A stretch of DNA of 64,000 nucleotides, taken from positions 759-64,758 of the forward strand of contig JACZJV010000062.1 of the NCBI GenBank assembly GCA_014860355.1. Reading direction: 5' to 3'. Numbering within the stretch: position 1 is the first letter of the stretch; the number at the start of each line of letters is the position of its first letter. Shown here piece after piece: positions 43,932 through 56,430 of the stretch. Below the pieces are notes generated by a model, which saw only the letters and a program-made list of their open reading frames with translations, was not told the DNA's origin and did not search any database. This DNA is from Burkholderiales bacterium (GTDB taxonomy: Bacteria; Pseudomonadota; Gammaproteobacteria; Burkholderiales; SG8-39). Position numbers and translations under genes: made by a program.

Positions 43932-43957
43932 ACAAGGGGGGTGCACCCCCCCCTTGT
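43932..43957. promoter_or_regulatory. Strong GC-rich hairpin in divergent ratA-like/smpB intergenic region
   Basis: acaagggggg-tgcacc-ccccccttgt: 10-bp perfect stem, 6-nt loop. Confidence 0.7.
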
Positions 43958-44056
43958 AAATCCCCCCGCGGATGCATGCTTGCCGTTAATTGAGATCTTC
44001 GCCATTCCCGCCAGCTCTCGACCGATAAGAGACCAATTGTACCAACACAAGCTTCC

Positions 44057-44509
44057 ATGAAGATCGCACAGAACAAAAAAGCCTTCCACGATTACTTCAT
44101 CGAGGAGCGTTATGAAGCCGGTCTGGTGCTCCAGGGTTGGGAAGCCAAGGCCATCCGCGCCGGACGGGTGCAGCTCAAGGACGCCTATGTGCTCATCCGT
44201 GGAGCCGAAATCTACATGGTCGGCGGCCATATCAGCGCGCTGCCTACGGCGTCCACCCATATCAATCCTGATCCGGTGCGCACGCGCAAGCTGCTGCTCC
44301 ATGCCGGGGAAATCCAGCACCTGATCGGCAAGGTCGAACGCGCCGGCTACACCCTGGTGCCGCTGGATATGCACTACAAGAACGGCAGAATCAAGATCGA
44401 CATCGGCCTTGCCCGCGGCAAGAAGCAGCACGACAAGCGCGAGACCGAGAAGAAGCGCGACTGGGATCGCGAGAAACAGCGCTTGATGCGGTCACACAGC
44501 AAGAGCTAG
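44057..44509 (+). CDS. smpB: SsrA-binding protein
   Basis: [43 protein letters not shown]. Confidence 0.97.
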   Translation: MKIAQNKKAFHDYFIEERYEAGLVLQGWEAKAIRAGRVQLKDAYVLIRGAEIYMVGGHISALPTASTHINPDPVRTRKLLLHAGEIQHLIGKVERAGYTLVPLDMHYKNGRIKIDIGLARGKKQHDKRETEKKRDWDREKQRLMRSHSKS

Positions 44510-44603
44510 CGCTGCGTGCGCACTCGCAGGGAACGCAGCCGCGACGCGCGTCGTAGGCGCGGGCGTTTAAGCGGCTCGCAGTGGATTTTCGCGCGGGCGG
44601 TAC

Positions 44604-45395
44604 TCAAATTCGCTGGCGCACCTGCTCGAACAGGCAAATCGCCGCCGCAGCCGCGACATTCAAGGATTCCGCGCCGCCGGGCATGGGTATGCGCAATTGC
44701 TCGGCCGCTGCAGCACTCAGCGCAGCGCTCAAGCCCGCGCCTTCGTTGCCGAACGCCCAGGCCAGCGGGCCGCGCAGGTCGGCCTGATATATGGATTTTT
44801 CTGCGTGGCTGCTGGCGCAGATCAGCCGCCCCGACAGCCTGCCCAAGGAGGCATGCAGATTGACGTTGTCGTATATCTCCAGGCTGAAGTGCGCGCCCAT
44901 TCCGGCGCGCAGCACCTTGGGCGACCAGGCGAAGGCGCAGCCATGGGAGAGCAGGACGGTGGAGACGCCCGCTGCCGCCGTGCTACGCAGTATGGACCCG
45001 AGATTGCCCGCGTCCTGTATGCTTTCCAGCATCACGCAGTGTTCGATCCTGTCCGGCAACGGACCTGGCTGTGGGGTGCGTATCAGCGCAACGATTCCGG
45101 TCGGCGTCGCGACTTGGGCGACCTCGTTGAACAGCGCATCGGCGAGCACCAGCAGCGCCTGCCCGGCAATGCCTCGGGCGAGCGCGGCAGCCTGCGCGTC
45201 GGACGCGCCGCTTTCGCTCAGTATCAGCTGCTCGGGCACGCCGCCACTGGCGCGATAGGCAGCGATCAAGTGCAATCCGTCGAGCAGCGCCAGACCAGCC
45301 TTGCGCCGTTCGCGCGTGGAAGTGGCGAGCTGGCGCAGCAATTTGAAGCGCGGATTGTCGCGCGAGCGTATCAGCTTCAGGTCAGGATCGAGCAT
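44604..45395 (-). CDS. TrmH/SpoU family RNA methyltransferase
   Basis: DLKLIRSRDNPRFKLLRQLA..., MLESIQDAGNLGSILRSTAAAGV, LAWAFGNEGAGLS.., VAAAAAICLFE. Confidence 0.9.
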   Translation of the reverse strand: MLDPDLKLIRSRDNPRFKLLRQLATSTRERRKAGLALLDGLHLIAAYRASGGVPEQLILSESGASDAQAAALARGIAGQALLVLADALFNEVAQVATPTGIVALIRTPQPGPLPDRIEHCVMLESIQDAGNLGSILRSTAAAGVSTVLLSHGCAFAWSPKVLRAGMGAHFSLEIYDNVNLHASLGRLSGRLICASSHAEKSIYQADLRGPLAWAFGNEGAGLSAALSAAAAEQLRIPMPGGAESLNVAAAAAICLFEQVRQRI

Positions 45396-45420
45396 GCGCT
45401 GAACCCGGCGGAAGTAGTGC

Positions 45421-45987
45421 TCAGCCCTGAAGCAGCTTGCGTATCGGCGCGTAGCTGCGCCGGTGGATCTCGCACGCGCCGTGCTGCGCCAGGGCGGCGA
45501 GATGCGAGGTCGTAGGATAGCCCTTGTGACGATCGAGTCCATAACACGGATAGAGCAGGTGCAGACGCATCATTTCGGCGTCGCGCGCGGTCTTGGCCAG
45601 TATCGATGCGGCGGAAATCGCCGGGATCTTGCCATCGCCCCTGATGACGGCCTTGACCGGATATCCGATCCTGGGGCAATGATTGCCGTCGACCAGCACT
45701 TCGGCCGGCGCCACACCCAACTGCTCAACCGCGCGGCGCATGGCGAGCAGGCTCGCCTGCAGGATATTGAGTGCGTCGATTTCGGCCACGCTAGCCCACG
45801 CAATCGCCCACGCCAGCGCGCGCCCGCGTATTTGCCCGGCAACTTCCTCCCGCCGCGACGCGCTCAGCATTTTGGAATCTGCCAGACCGGCGATGTGCGC
45901 GCCGGGGTCGAGGATCACCGCTGCCGCGCAGACCGGTCCGGCGAGCGGCCCCCGCCCCGCTTCGTCCACGCCGCATACGAGATTCAT
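45421..45987 (-). CDS. rnhB: Ribonuclease HII
   Basis: [26 protein letters not shown]; [15 protein letters not shown]. Confidence 0.96.
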   Translation of the reverse strand: MNLVCGVDEAGRGPLAGPVCAAAVILDPGAHIAGLADSKMLSASRREEVAGQIRGRALAWAIAWASVAEIDALNILQASLLAMRRAVEQLGVAPAEVLVDGNHCPRIGYPVKAVIRGDGKIPAISAASILAKTARDAEMMRLHLLYPCYGLDRHKGYPTTSHLAALAQHGACEIHRRSYAPIRKLLQG

Positions 45988-47153
45988 GCGGGTTGCGCAC
46001 TCGTGCGCCCGAGCAGCGGCAGCACCGCCCTGGCAGCCTGCTCCGCGGTATTGCGCTTGAGCTCGCGGTGGATGGCGGCAAAGCGCTGCGACAGACGCGC
46101 GCGCACCACACCGTCGTTGAGCGCATTGAACAAGGCCTGCGCCAGGTTTTCCGCAGTGGCGTCGTGCTGCAGCAGCTCGGGTACGACAAACTCGCCGGCC
46201 AGGATATTGGGCAGGCCGACGTAGGGCTTGTAAGCCATGCGCCGCATCAGCAGCCAGCTCGCCCCGGCCATCTTGTAGGTGATCACCATGGGTTTTTTCA
46301 GCAGCGCCGCCTCCAGCGTGGCGGTGCCGCTGGCCACCAGTGCGACATCGGCCGCTGCAAGCGCGTCCCGGGCATGTCCGAACAATATCGTCAGAGGCAG
46401 TTCGCCTGCGCCGCCCCGATATATGGCGGCTTCGAAGATCTCGCGCGTTTCGCGGCTGACCAGTGGAACGAGAAACAGCGGCCGCTCCACTTTCTGCACC
46501 AGAAGCTTGGCCGTGGCGATGAACGTGTCCGCCATGTAGCGCAATTCGGACTGCCGGCTGCCAGGCAACAGGGCGAACACTTTGCGTTCGGGCTCGATCT
46601 TGAGCCGCTCGCGCGTAGCGGCAGTCTGGTCCTCCTGCGGAATCAGGTCGGCGAGCGGATGACCGACGTAGCTGGCGGCTATGCCCGCCTTGCGATATAT
46701 CTCGGATTCGAACGGAAACAGGGTCAGCACGAGATCGACGCAATGCGCAATTGCGCCGATGCGGCCGCCGCGCCAGGCCCAGATCGAGGGGCTGACGTAG
46801 TGCACCACCCGCACCCCGGCACGCTTGAGTCCGGCCTCCAGGCCCAGGTTGAAATCCGGCGCGTCTACGCCGATGAATAACTGCGGCCTCACCTTGAGCA
46901 GCGCCAGTTTCAGCTTGTGTCGCATCCATACCAGGCCGGCATAATGCCGCAGCACCTCGGCGTAGCCGCGCACCGCAAGGCGTTCCATCGGAAACAGGCT
47001 GGTCAATCCCTGGGTTTGCATTCTCGGGCCGCCGATGCCGACAAAGCCGGCATCGGGCAAGTGCGCGCGCAAGGCCGCGATCAGGTGCGCCCCCAGCAGA
47101 TCGCCCGAGGCCTCCCCGGCCACGATGCCAATGATGAGCGGCCCTTGCCTCAC
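45984..47153 (-). CDS. lpxB: Lipid-A-disaccharide synthase
   Basis: [21 protein letters not shown] and [12 protein letters not shown]. Confidence 0.96.
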   Translation of the reverse strand: MRQGPLIIGIVAGEASGDLLGAHLIAALRAHLPDAGFVGIGGPRMQTQGLTSLFPMERLAVRGYAEVLRHYAGLVWMRHKLKLALLKVRPQLFIGVDAPDFNLGLEAGLKRAGVRVVHYVSPSIWAWRGGRIGAIAHCVDLVLTLFPFESEIYRKAGIAASYVGHPLADLIPQEDQTAATRERLKIEPERKVFALLPGSRQSELRYMADTFIATAKLLVQKVERPLFLVPLVSRETREIFEAAIYRGGAGELPLTILFGHARDALAAADVALVASGTATLEAALLKKPMVITYKMAGASWLLMRRMAYKPYVGLPNILAGEFVVPELLQHDATAENLAQALFNALNDGVVRARLSQRFAAIHRELKRNTAEQAARAVLPLLGRTSAQPA

Positions 47154-47154
47154 G

Positions 47155-47925
47155 TCAGCGCACGATCCCGCGGGTCGAGGTCTGCAGAAAATCGCTGAGC
47201 AGGCGGATTTCAGCGCAGCTGCCGGCGTGCTCGGCCAGCTGCCTCCTGGCCTGGTCCAGCGTCAGGCTGCTCTTGTACAGGGTCTTGTAGGCGCGTTTGA
47301 TCTCGGTGAGCGCCGCGGCGGAGTAGCCACGCCGGCGCAGGCCTTCGGAATTGATGCCATATGGTTTGGCCGTATCCCCAGCGGCCATTACGTAAGGAGG
47401 CAGGTCGTGTACCAGCACCGTAGCGATGGCGGTGAAGCTGTGGGCGCCGATGCGCACGAACTGGTGCACGCCGGTGAAGCCGCCGAGGATGGCGTAATCG
47501 CCGACATGCACGTGGCCGGCGAGCTGCGCGTTATTGGCGAAAATGGCATGGCTGCCGATCTGACAGTCGTGCGCAATGTGCACGTAAGCCATGATCCAGT
47601 TGTCGTTGCCCACGCGGGTGACGCCTGCATCCTGCGCGGTGCCGCAATTCAGGCTGCAGAACTCGCGTATGGTGTTGCCGTCGCCGATTTCCAGCCGCGT
47701 CGGTTCGCCCGCGTATTTCTTGTCCTGGGGTACGGCGCCCAGCGAAGAAAACTGAAAAACGCGATTGTCCCTGCCGATCCTGGTATGCCCTTCGACCACG
47801 ACGTGAGGACCGATCCGGGTATCGTTGCCGATCTCCACATGCTCGCCGATCAGGCTGTAGGCGCCGATAGTGACGTTGTCCCCGAGCCTAGCGCCGGGGT
47901 GAACGATGGCGCTCGGATGGATCAT
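47155..47925 (-). CDS. lpxA: UDP-N-acetylglucosamine acyltransferase
   Basis: [33 protein letters not shown] hexapeptide repeats. Confidence 0.96.
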   Translation of the reverse strand: MIHPSAIVHPGARLGDNVTIGAYSLIGEHVEIGNDTRIGPHVVVEGHTRIGRDNRVFQFSSLGAVPQDKKYAGEPTRLEIGDGNTIREFCSLNCGTAQDAGVTRVGNDNWIMAYVHIAHDCQIGSHAIFANNAQLAGHVHVGDYAILGGFTGVHQFVRIGAHSFTAIATVLVHDLPPYVMAAGDTAKPYGINSEGLRRRGYSAAALTEIKRAYKTLYKSSLTLDQARRQLAEHAGSCAEIRLLSDFLQTSTRGIVR

Positions 47926-48359
47926 CAGATCGGTCGCAGGGTGCAAAGCAGCTCGGCTTCCGCCACGAGCGCGTCCCCTACATAGGCCCTACCGGCGTAT
48001 TTGACCACGTTGCGTACGGTGCGCACGATGCTCACCTCGAGCACCAGCTGGTCCCCGGGCATGACCGGTTTCTTGAAGCGCGCCTTGTCGATGCCGGCAA
48101 AATAGTACACCGATTTGTCGTCGGGTTTGGTGCCCATGGTGCGAAACGACAGGATCGCCGCGGCCTGCGCCATGGCCTCGACGATGAGCACCCCCGGCAT
48201 GACCTTGAAGTACGGAAAATGGCCGTTGAAATAGGGCTCGTTGACGCTGACGTTTTTCAGCGCCCGAATGCGCTTGCCCAGCTCGCACTCGATGACGCGG
48301 TCGATAAGCAGGAACGGATAGCGATGCGGCAGGTATTCGAGGATTTCCTGGATGTTCAA
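47925..48359 (-). CDS. fabZ: 3-hydroxyacyl-[acyl-carrier-protein] dehydratase FabZ (TTG start proposed)
   Basis: [22 protein letters not shown]...[27 protein letters not shown]; no in-frame ATG near the N-terminus. Confidence 0.95.
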   Translation of the reverse strand: MNIQEILEYLPHRYPFLLIDRVIECELGKRIRALKNVSVNEPYFNGHFPYFKVMPGVLIVEAMAQAAAILSFRTMGTKPDDKSVYYFAGIDKARFKKPVMPGDQLVLEVSIVRTVRNVVKYAGRAYVGDALVAEAELLCTLRPI

Positions 48360-49396
48360 GTTTGTTTCTCCAGCGTTGACAGGCGTTGCTCGATGTTGCG
48401 TAACCGTGCAAGCAGCGAGTCCAGATGGCGCAGCAAAGCCATATGCTTTGCCCAGCTGCGGCTGTCTTCGGCCGGGTTGCCGCCATATGTTCCGGCTTCG
48501 CGTATCGACTTGGTGACCACGGTCGCGCCGTGGATGACGACGCGGTCGGCGATTTCCACATGCCCCATGATATTGGCCCCGCCGCCGATCATGCAGTGTT
48601 TGCCTATGCGCGTACTGCCCGCAATGCCGACGCAACCGGCGATCGCGGTATGCGCGCCTACGCGCACGTTGTGCGCGATCTGGATCAGGTTATCCATTTT
48701 GACCCCGTCTTCTATCACGGTGTCGTCCAGCGCGCCCCGGTCTATGCAGGTATTGGCGCCGATCTCCACATCGTCGCCGATGAGCACGCCCCCGATCTGC
48801 GGAATTTTGCGCCAGCGCCCGCCGTCGAGCACGATGCCGAAGCCGTCCGCGCCGATCACCGCGCCCGAATGCACCAGCGCCCGCTCCCCCAGGCGACAAC
48901 CTGCGTAGACCGTGACGCGCGCGTGCAAGCGGCTGGCGGCGCCGATTTCGACCGCATCGCCCAGGTGGCAGCCCGGTCCTATTATCACTCCTTCGCCCAG
49001 CTTGACGCCGCGACCGATACAGGCGCCGGCGCCCACGCTGGCGCTCGCAGGGATACTGGTCCCGCGCTCCACGACCGCTGTGGGGTGCACCCCGCCGCTC
49101 GCCACCGCAGGCGGATTGAACAGGGAGGAGACCTTGGCAAAATACAGGTATGGATTGTCGCAGACGATGCGCGGCAGATCGGTTACATCGCTGTCCGCTT
49201 TGCCGACGATCACTGCGCCGGCGCGCGTAGCAGCAAGCAGCTTGCGGAATTTGGCGTGGCTGAGAAAGCCGACGTGCTGGGGGAGCGCATTCTCGAGCGT
49301 GGCGACCTGGCTGACCGCCGTCAGCGGGTTGCCGATGATCTCACCACCGAAGCGTTCGACAATCTGGGCCAGGCGGTATTTCTTGGCCTTAGCCAT
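48356..49396 (-). CDS. lpxD: UDP-3-O-acylglucosamine N-acyltransferase
   Basis: [28 protein letters not shown] hexapeptide repeats; between skp and fabZ. Confidence 0.95.
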   Translation of the reverse strand: MAKAKKYRLAQIVERFGGEIIGNPLTAVSQVATLENALPQHVGFLSHAKFRKLLAATRAGAVIVGKADSDVTDLPRIVCDNPYLYFAKVSSLFNPPAVASGGVHPTAVVERGTSIPASASVGAGACIGRGVKLGEGVIIGPGCHLGDAVEIGAASRLHARVTVYAGCRLGERALVHSGAVIGADGFGIVLDGGRWRKIPQIGGVLIGDDVEIGANTCIDRGALDDTVIEDGVKMDNLIQIAHNVRVGAHTAIAGCVGIAGSTRIGKHCMIGGGANIMGHVEIADRVVIHGATVVTKSIREAGTYGGNPAEDSRSWAKHMALLRHLDSLLARLRNIEQRLSTLEKQT

Positions 49397-49405
49397 CGGA
49401 GCCGA

Positions 49406-49909
49406 CTATTTCCCTGCCGGTTTGTCTTCCAGAGCCTTGATCACCTTGTCTGTGAGGTCGATGCGCGGGCTGGCATAGACCGCCTCCTGGAAGATGATGT
49501 CGTATTTCTCCGACTCGGCAATGGCCTTGATGGCGCGGTTGGCGCGCTCGAGCACCGCGGCAAGCTCGTCATTGCGCCGCTGGTTCAGATCCTCGCGGAA
49601 CTCGCGTTGCTTGCGCTGAAAATCCTTGTTCAGTTCGCCAAATTCGCGCTCCTTGGTACGACGCTCGGTTTCACTCATGGTGACCGCGTTCTTCTCGAGG
49701 TTCTCCTGCAGCTTGCGAATCTGCTCGGCCATGCTCTGCATTTCCTTGTCGCGTTTGGCGAACTCCTGTTCGATTTTTTTCTGCGCACGCACCGCGGGCG
49801 CGGCATCGCGAAACACCCTCTCTGTGTTTACGAATCCAACCTTGACTTCAGCGGCGGCGGCACTGCTGCACATCAGCACAGCCAGCGCGACAAATACTAT
49901 ATTTTTCAA
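49406..49909 (-). CDS. skp: Periplasmic chaperone Skp/OmpH family (TTG start proposed)
   Basis: KVGFVNTERVFRDAAPAVRAQKKIEQEFAKRDKEMQ after signal peptide; adjacent to bamA. Confidence 0.9.
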   Translation of the reverse strand: MKNIVFVALAVLMCSSAAAAEVKVGFVNTERVFRDAAPAVRAQKKIEQEFAKRDKEMQSMAEQIRKLQENLEKNAVTMSETERRTKEREFGELNKDFQRKQREFREDLNQRRNDELAAVLERANRAIKAIAESEKYDIIFQEAVYASPRIDLTDKVIKALEDKPAGK

Positions 49910-49926
49910 CCCGATCTCCTCGATCC

Positions 49927-52206
49927 CTAAAAGACCTGACCCAACAGGAACTGCATGCGCTGAATCCTGTCGCCTTCCTGGATGTTGAGCGGGAAGCCAT
50001 AGCTCAGGCGTATCGGACCCACGGGCGATGTCCAGTTGAACGCCAACCCGGTCGAATAGCGCAAGTCGGACATGCTCATTTTCTCGCCTGCGCCCCAAAC
50101 CTGGCCGGCGTCGACAAACACGCTCAAGCGCATGGAACGGTCCATGCCCGTACCCGGCATCGGGAACAGCACTTCAGCGTTACCGACCAGGCGCCTTGTG
50201 CCACCGATGGGGTCGCCGAGATCGTCGCGCGGGCCGAGCGAGTACGAATCGTAGCCGCGCACCGAACTGACGCCGCCCGCGTAAAAATTCTTGTAAAACG
50301 GCAGGGGCTTTCCCTCCGTGCCATCGGCGGTGCCGATTTCGCCGTTGAGCATAAAGGTATAGGTGCGCGACAGCGGGTAATACCATTGCACCTGCTCCGT
50401 GAGCTTGTAGTATTTGAGCGTTCCGCCCGGCAATCCGGCTTCCAGATTGGCGCGGATCAAGGTGCCACTGGTAGGCGTAAGCGCGCTGTCGCGCTGCTCG
50501 CGTATCCAGCCTATCGTTCCAGGAACGGTGGTATTGTCGTTGCCAAAAATCTGGACAAACTCTTTGTACGTAGTCGGGCTGGTCTCGTTGATGCCGAGCT
50601 TGGTGTTTTCCACGCCGAGCCCCAAACCGAGGTTATCCACCTCGGTCAGCGGTATGCCGAAGCGCACCCCTGCACCCGTTGTGTCCGTAGTGTAATAGCC
50701 CAGGCTGAGATAGGACGCGTCGAGACGGCGTTTGTAGATGTCGAAGCCGCGGCTGACGCCGTCCACCGTGTAATAGGGATTGGTAAAGCTCAGGCTGGCA
50801 TTGCGGTTAACCTTGCTGGTGCTTAGAGCCGCCGTGATGTGCTTGCCGCTGCCAAATATATTCTGCTGCGAAATCGAGCCGCTGAGGATCACTTTTTCCT
50901 CGGAGGAAAAGCCCGCGCCGAGCGTAATGGCTCCGGTCGGCTTTTCCTTGACCTTGATACTTACATCCACCTGGTCCGAGGTGCCCGGCACCGCGGGCGT
51001 CTCGACGTCGACCTCCGTAAAATATCCCAGGCGATCCAGGCGCAGCTTGGATTTCTGTATCTTGTCGGCATCGTAGTAGGCACCCTCGAGTTGCCGCATC
51101 TCGCGGCGCACCACTTCGTCGCGGCTTCGGGTATTTCCCGAGACGTTGATACGACGCACGTAAACCCGCCGCCCCGGATCGATCATGATGGTCAATGCGA
51201 CGCGCTTTGCAGCCTTGTCCAGTTCGGGAACGGCGTTCGCGTTGGCGAATGCGTAGCCTTCGTTTCCCAGCCTGTCGGTGATGTTCTTGGTGCTCTCGTT
51301 GAGTTTCTGGCGCGAGAAGGTCTCCCCGGGCTTCAACTGGACCAGCCCGCGCAATTCGGACTCCGGCAGCAGCATATCGCCGCCCAAATTGACATCCGAC
51401 ACGGTGTACTTGTCGCCCTCGCGGATATTTACCGTAATGTAGATGTCCTTCTTGTCCGGAGTGATCGATACTTGGGTCGAGTCGATGCTGAACTCAAGAT
51501 AGCCGTTGTTAAGATAGAACGAGCGCAGGGTCTCGAGATCGCCGGACAATTTCTGTTTCGAATACTGGTCGTTCTTGGTGTACCAGGTCAGCCATCCCGG
51601 CGTCTGCAGCACAAAGAGGTCGAGCAGATCTTTCTCCCTGAATGCATTGTTGCCGATGATATTGATTTGACGGATCTTGGTGACGTCCCCTTCGTTGATG
51701 GAGAAGCTGACGCCCACGCGATTGCGCTCGAGCGGGGTGACAGTTGCAACGACGCTGGCGCCGTAGAGCCCGCGGGAGAGGTATTGCCGCTTGATCTCCT
51801 GCTCGGCCTGGTCGAGCAGCGCCTTGTCGAATGAGCGTCCCTCGGCCAGGCCGATTTCGCGCAGCCCCTTGCGCAAGGCCTCTTTTTCGAACTCCTTGTT
51901 GCCGATGAAGTCGATTTGCGTCACGGCCGGACGCTCCTCGACCATCACAATCAGCACGTCGCGCTGCACCTCGAGTCGTACATCCTTGAAGAAACCGGTC
52001 GCAAACAAGGACTTGATCGCAGCGGCCGCTTTTTCATCCGTCATGGTCTCGCCGACCTTGACCGGGAGGTAGCTGAATACGGTTCCGGCCTCGATGCGCT
52101 GGATGCCTTCGACGCGTATGTCGCGCACCACGAAAGGATCGAAGGCATGTGCCGCGCCGATCCACAGGCAGGCGCACGCGGCAGCGAGATATCTGGTCAT
52201 GGTCAC
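49927..52206 (-). CDS. bamA: Outer membrane protein assembly factor BamA
   Basis: Signal peptide, POTRA repeats ([29 protein letters not shown]), C-terminal barrel ending [26 protein letters not shown]. Confidence 0.97.
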   Translation of the reverse strand: MTMTRYLAAACACLWIGAAHAFDPFVVRDIRVEGIQRIEAGTVFSYLPVKVGETMTDEKAAAAIKSLFATGFFKDVRLEVQRDVLIVMVEERPAVTQIDFIGNKEFEKEALRKGLREIGLAEGRSFDKALLDQAEQEIKRQYLSRGLYGASVVATVTPLERNRVGVSFSINEGDVTKIRQINIIGNNAFREKDLLDLFVLQTPGWLTWYTKNDQYSKQKLSGDLETLRSFYLNNGYLEFSIDSTQVSITPDKKDIYITVNIREGDKYTVSDVNLGGDMLLPESELRGLVQLKPGETFSRQKLNESTKNITDRLGNEGYAFANANAVPELDKAAKRVALTIMIDPGRRVYVRRINVSGNTRSRDEVVRREMRQLEGAYYDADKIQKSKLRLDRLGYFTEVDVETPAVPGTSDQVDVSIKVKEKPTGAITLGAGFSSEEKVILSGSISQQNIFGSGKHITAALSTSKVNRNASLSFTNPYYTVDGVSRGFDIYKRRLDASYLSLGYYTTDTTGAGVRFGIPLTEVDNLGLGLGVENTKLGINETSPTTYKEFVQIFGNDNTTVPGTIGWIREQRDSALTPTSGTLIRANLEAGLPGGTLKYYKLTEQVQWYYPLSRTYTFMLNGEIGTADGTEGKPLPFYKNFYAGGVSSVRGYDSYSLGPRDDLGDPIGGTRRLVGNAEVLFPMPGTGMDRSMRLSVFVDAGQVWGAGEKMSMSDLRYSTGLAFNWTSPVGPIRLSYGFPLNIQEGDRIQRMQFLLGQVF

Positions 52207-52208
52207 GT

Positions 52209-53573
52209 TCAGCTGGAGATCAAGCGGTTAATGTCGTTATAGAAGGCAAAGGCCATCAGTACCAGCAACAGGGTCAGACCGAGTTTCTGGCCGAATTCCA
52301 TCACGCGATCCGATACCGGGCTACCCTTGAAAATTTCGATCGTATAATACATCAAATGCCCCCCATCCAATAAGGGAATCGGCAGCAGGTTGAGTACCCC
52401 GAGGCTGATGCTGATCAATGCCAGAAAGCTCAAGTATGAAACCAGCCCGAGCTGCGCCGATTGCCCGGCATAATCGGCGATGGTCACCGGACCGCTGAGA
52501 TTCTTCCACGACACCTGCCCGACCAGCATCCGTCCGAGCATCTTCAGGCTGAACACCGACGTGTCCCAGGTCTTCTCAGCCGCCTTCGCCAGTGCACTGA
52601 AGGCACCGTAGCGTACCACGGTAACGAGTTCGTCCAAAGCGTGCGGGTCGAGCTGCGCCGCCGCGCCAATGCGCCCTATGGCGGAGCCGTTCTGCTGCAC
52701 CGTTTCCGGAACCAGCGCGAGTTCGCGCTGTTCGTCTCCGCGCCGATAGTTCAGCCGCAGCTCGCGTCCTGGATGACTGCGCACGAGTTGTACCAATTCA
52801 CTCCAGGAAACGACTGGTTTGCCGTCGGCCGCAAGTATCTGATCGCCAGGCTGCAATCCCGCCCGCTGCGCCACGCCGCCGTCCACAACCTCGCCGATCA
52901 CCGGTTTGATTTCCGGCCGATATAGCCTGAAGCCGATCAAGGCCAGGGTATCGCCTTCGAGTTGCTCCGCGTCGATGGGGGACAGATCGAGCGAGCGCCA
53001 GTTGATCTGGTTATTGCGGTTGAGCACCTCCACCCTGACGCGCTGACGCTCGAGCGCCAGCTGCAGCATGCGCCAGCGCACGTCCTGCCAGGTAGCGACC
53101 GGCTCGCCATTGATGGCGCGTATGGTTTCTCCCGCCTCGAATCCGGCGCTTGCAGCCGGGGTATCCGGCTGCGGCAGATCCACTATGGGTCGCGCTTCCT
53201 GCACGCCGTGCATGAACAGCAGCCAATACAGGAGTATTGCAAACAGGAAGTTGGCCAGCGGCCCGGCAATGACCACGGCGTAACGCCGCCACACGCTCTG
53301 CCGGTTGAAGGCACGGTCGAGCTCCTGCTGCCCCACCTCGCCCTCGCGTTCGTCCAGCATCTTGACGTAACCACCCAGCGGCACCGCGGCCACCACCCAT
53401 TCGGTCTGATCGCGCCCGAATCGCCTTTTCCACAGGGGCATGCCGAAGCCGATGGAGAAACGCAATACTTTGACGCCGCATAGTCGCGCGACGAGGTAGT
53501 GTCCGTATTCGTGCACGACGACCAGCGCCCCCAGCGCGATAACGAATGCGGCTATGGTGTGCAGCAGGTTCAT
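52209..53573 (-). CDS. rseP: RIP metalloprotease RseP
   Basis: [19 protein letters not shown] (HExxH), PDZ domains, [19 protein letters not shown]. Confidence 0.97.
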   Translation of the reverse strand: MNLLHTIAAFVIALGALVVVHEYGHYLVARLCGVKVLRFSIGFGMPLWKRRFGRDQTEWVVAAVPLGGYVKMLDEREGEVGQQELDRAFNRQSVWRRYAVVIAGPLANFLFAILLYWLLFMHGVQEARPIVDLPQPDTPAASAGFEAGETIRAINGEPVATWQDVRWRMLQLALERQRVRVEVLNRNNQINWRSLDLSPIDAEQLEGDTLALIGFRLYRPEIKPVIGEVVDGGVAQRAGLQPGDQILAADGKPVVSWSELVQLVRSHPGRELRLNYRRGDEQRELALVPETVQQNGSAIGRIGAAAQLDPHALDELVTVVRYGAFSALAKAAEKTWDTSVFSLKMLGRMLVGQVSWKNLSGPVTIADYAGQSAQLGLVSYLSFLALISISLGVLNLLPIPLLDGGHLMYYTIEIFKGSPVSDRVMEFGQKLGLTLLLVLMAFAFYNDINRLISS

Positions 53574-53575
53574 GG

Positions 53576-54760
53576 CTAGACCGTCATCGCCTCGACCCGA
53601 AGTGCGGCATGCCGGCGCGCAGCGGCATCGGCGTCGAGCACATCGGCCAAGCTGCTGAGCGCGCGCGGGCGCAATTCGTTCATTACCGCCTCGATCACTG
53701 CGGTGATCGCAAGGAATGGCAGGCGCCGCTCGAGGAAGGCGCTCACGGCAACCTCATTCGCCGCATTCAGCGTCGCGGGACTGGTGCCGCCTTCCTTCAA
53801 GGCGCGATAGCCCAGCCGCAGAGCCGGAAAGCGCACGAAATCCGGCGTGCTGAAATCGAGTCTGCCGATGCGCGTCAGGTCGAGGGAACCCACGCCCGCT
53901 TCGATCCGCTCGGGAAAAGCCAGGGCGTGCGCGATCGGCGTGCGCATGTCGGGGTTGCCGAGCTGGGCGATGACCGAGCCGTCTGCGTATTCCACCATGG
54001 AATGCACCACGCTCTGCGGATGCACCACCACCTCTATCTGTTCATGCGTCGCGCCGAACAGCCAGTGCGCCTCGATGATCTCGAGCGCCTTGTTCATCAT
54101 GGTCGCCGAATCCACGGAAATCTTGCGCCCCATCACCCAGTTTGGATGCGCGCAGGCTTCCTCAGGCGTCACGCTGTGCAGGCGTTCCAGCGGTACTTCA
54201 CGGAACGGCCCGCCGGATGCGGTCAACAGCACCCGCCGCACGCCGTGTGCGCCCAGTTCGCCCGAGAACGCATCCGGCAGACACTGGAACACCGCATTGT
54301 GCTCGCTGTCTATCGGCAGCAGTGTGGCGTGATGGCTGCGCACCGCTTCCATGAATATCGGTCCGGCCATGACCAGGGCTTCCTTATTGGCGAGCAGCAG
54401 CTTCTTGCCCGCCCGCGCCGCCGCGAGCGTAGGCGCGAGGCCGGCAGCACCGACGATGGCCGCCATGACGCAGTCGGTTTCCGCGTGGGCCGCAATGCGC
54501 TCCAGGCCCTGCGGTCCTGTGAGGATTTCGGTAGCGCCTGATTGCAGGCGCCTGCCCAGCGCCTCGGCCTGGAGCGCGTGTGCCACCACCGCGTAGCGCG
54601 GCCGGTGGCGCAGGCACAACTCGGCCAGTTCATCCATGCGCTCGTTCGCGCTCAGCGCGAAAATGCGAAAACGCTGCGGATAGCGCGCGGCCACATCCAG
54701 GGTGTTGAGCCCGATGGAACCGGTGGCGCCGAGTATGGCGAGGTTCTGCAGCCCGCTCAT
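53576..54760 (-). CDS. dxr: 1-deoxy-D-xylulose 5-phosphate reductoisomerase
   Basis: [23 protein letters not shown]; [15 protein letters not shown]. Confidence 0.97.
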   Translation of the reverse strand: MSGLQNLAILGATGSIGLNTLDVAARYPQRFRIFALSANERMDELAELCLRHRPRYAVVAHALQAEALGRRLQSGATEILTGPQGLERIAAHAETDCVMAAIVGAAGLAPTLAAARAGKKLLLANKEALVMAGPIFMEAVRSHHATLLPIDSEHNAVFQCLPDAFSGELGAHGVRRVLLTASGGPFREVPLERLHSVTPEEACAHPNWVMGRKISVDSATMMNKALEIIEAHWLFGATHEQIEVVVHPQSVVHSMVEYADGSVIAQLGNPDMRTPIAHALAFPERIEAGVGSLDLTRIGRLDFSTPDFVRFPALRLGYRALKEGGTSPATLNAANEVAVSAFLERRLPFLAITAVIEAVMNELRPRALSSLADVLDADAAARRHAALRVEAMTV

Positions 54761-55587
54761 ATGAGATACGCCAGCGCCGCCACCGGCAGCACCGCGGTAA
54801 GCGCATCGATGCGATCCAGCACCCCGCCGTGCCCTGGCAGCAAGACGCCGCTGTCCTTGACTCCTGCCTGCCGCTTCAAAGCCGATTCGAACAAATCGCC
54901 ATAGATGCCGATCGCGGTGAGCAGCCACAGGAACAGCAGCATGCCGAAGGCGCCGTAGTGCATGGATTTAAGCGCGTGCGGGAAATACAACTGCCATGCG
55001 TAGCTCCACAGCGCGGCATATGCGCCCACGGCCAGCACCGCCCCGGTCACGCCTTCCCAGGTTTTGCCGGGGCTGATGGAGGGCGCAAGTTTGCGCCGGC
55101 CAAAGCGGCGTCCGGCGAAATAGGCGGCGATGTCCGAAATCCAGGCGACCGACAACAGCAGCAATAGCACCCAGGGACCGAGCTTGCGCAATTCCACCAG
55201 CGCAAGCCATGTCGGCACCAGGACCACGAGGCCGGTCGCCGCCCCCAGCCAGCGGGACCTGGGCAGCCAGGAGCGCCAGAGCCACAGCGGCACGACCACC
55301 ATCCAGAACAGGCCCGCAACCAGATAAACCGCGGCTTGGATGCCGATCTGGCCGATACGGGCATCCCCCCGCTCCACGGCAATCAGGGAGGCACAGGCGG
55401 CCGCGACGAGAACGACGTACAGGCCGCAGGCGGTGTGCCGGAGTTTGATCAGCTTGCCCCATTCCCATGCGGCAGGTATCACCAATGCTCCGGCAAACGC
55501 GGCCCATGCGCGAGGCGGGAGCCAGAACAGCGCCGCCAGAAACAGGACCAACAATACCAGCGCCGTGATGACCCGCGTCTTGAGCAT
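54757..55587 (-). CDS. cdsA: Phosphatidate cytidylyltransferase
   Basis: [16 protein letters not shown]...[21 protein letters not shown]. Confidence 0.95.
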   Translation of the reverse strand: MLKTRVITALVLLVLFLAALFWLPPRAWAAFAGALVIPAAWEWGKLIKLRHTACGLYVVLVAAACASLIAVERGDARIGQIGIQAAVYLVAGLFWMVVVPLWLWRSWLPRSRWLGAATGLVVLVPTWLALVELRKLGPWVLLLLLSVAWISDIAAYFAGRRFGRRKLAPSISPGKTWEGVTGAVLAVGAYAALWSYAWQLYFPHALKSMHYGAFGMLLFLWLLTAIGIYGDLFESALKRQAGVKDSGVLLPGHGGVLDRIDALTAVLPVAALAYLI

Positions 55588-55616
55588 CGCTCAATGTACC
55601 CGGCCGGCCCGCACAA

Positions 55617-56402
55617 TCAGGCCAGCGCCTTTTTCTGGGACGGCGCCTTCCCTGCGGACTCGAGTTGCTCGCTGGTGCGGCCGAAGCGGCGCTCGCGCCG
55701 CTGATAGGATTCGATCGCCCGGTCCAGCGCCATCGCGTCGAAGTCTGGCCACAGGATATCGGTGAAGTAAAATTCGCTGTAGGCAAGCTGCCACAGCAGA
55801 AAGTTGCTGATGCGCTGTTCCCCGCCGGTGCGGATGAACAAGTCCGGCTCCGGCGCGTAGGCCATGGCAAGGTGGCTGGCGAATTCCTCCTCGGTAAAGC
55901 CGCCACGCTGCTCCGGTCTTGACTCGATCAGGTGTTGCATGGCCTGCATCAGATCCCATCGTCCGCCGTAGTTCGCCGCTATGGTGAGAGTCATGCTCTT
56001 GTTTGCGCGGGTCAACTGCTCGGCGCGCGCCACCAGCTCGGTGATTTTCTTCCCGAACGGCGCGATGTCGCCCACTACCCGCAGGCAGATGCCGTTGCGG
56101 TGCAGTTTTTCTGCTTCCCGCTCCAGCGCAATGATGAACAACTGCTTCAGCATCGAAACTTCTTCTTCCGGCCGGCGCCAGTTCTCCGAACTGAATGCGA
56201 ACAGGGTCAGGTACTCGACGCCCCGCGCTACACAGGCTTTGACGATCTCGCGCACGATCTCCACGCCGCGCTTGTGCCCCGCGGCTCGCGGCAGCTTGCG
56301 CTGCTTGGCCCAGCGCCCGTTCCCATCCATGATAATCGCAATATGCCGCGGAACCGCCTTCACCTGCGGAATATCGCGTGTCGAGCTGGAAAATGTAGTC
56401 AT
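55617..56402 (-). CDS. uppS: Isoprenyl transferase (undecaprenyl diphosphate synthase)
   Basis: [29 protein letters not shown]; [20 protein letters not shown]. Confidence 0.96.
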   Translation of the reverse strand: MTTFSSSTRDIPQVKAVPRHIAIIMDGNGRWAKQRKLPRAAGHKRGVEIVREIVKACVARGVEYLTLFAFSSENWRRPEEEVSMLKQLFIIALEREAEKLHRNGICLRVVGDIAPFGKKITELVARAEQLTRANKSMTLTIAANYGGRWDLMQAMQHLIESRPEQRGGFTEEEFASHLAMAYAPEPDLFIRTGGEQRISNFLLWQLAYSEFYFTDILWPDFDAMALDRAIESYQRRERRFGRTSEQLESAGKAPSQKKALA

Positions 56403-56430
56403 GAATGTCTCGGTCCAAGAGGCGCGCGGG

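Noticed and set aside
45988-46929. N-terminal extension of the 502-aa ORF ending in RnhB
   Set aside because: The extension is an out-of-frame read of lpxB; RnhB starts at about 45987.
49626-49988. Plus-strand ORF opposite skp with hydrophobic, Cys-rich translation
   Set aside because: Antisense of the skp coding sequence; no start context or homology recognised.
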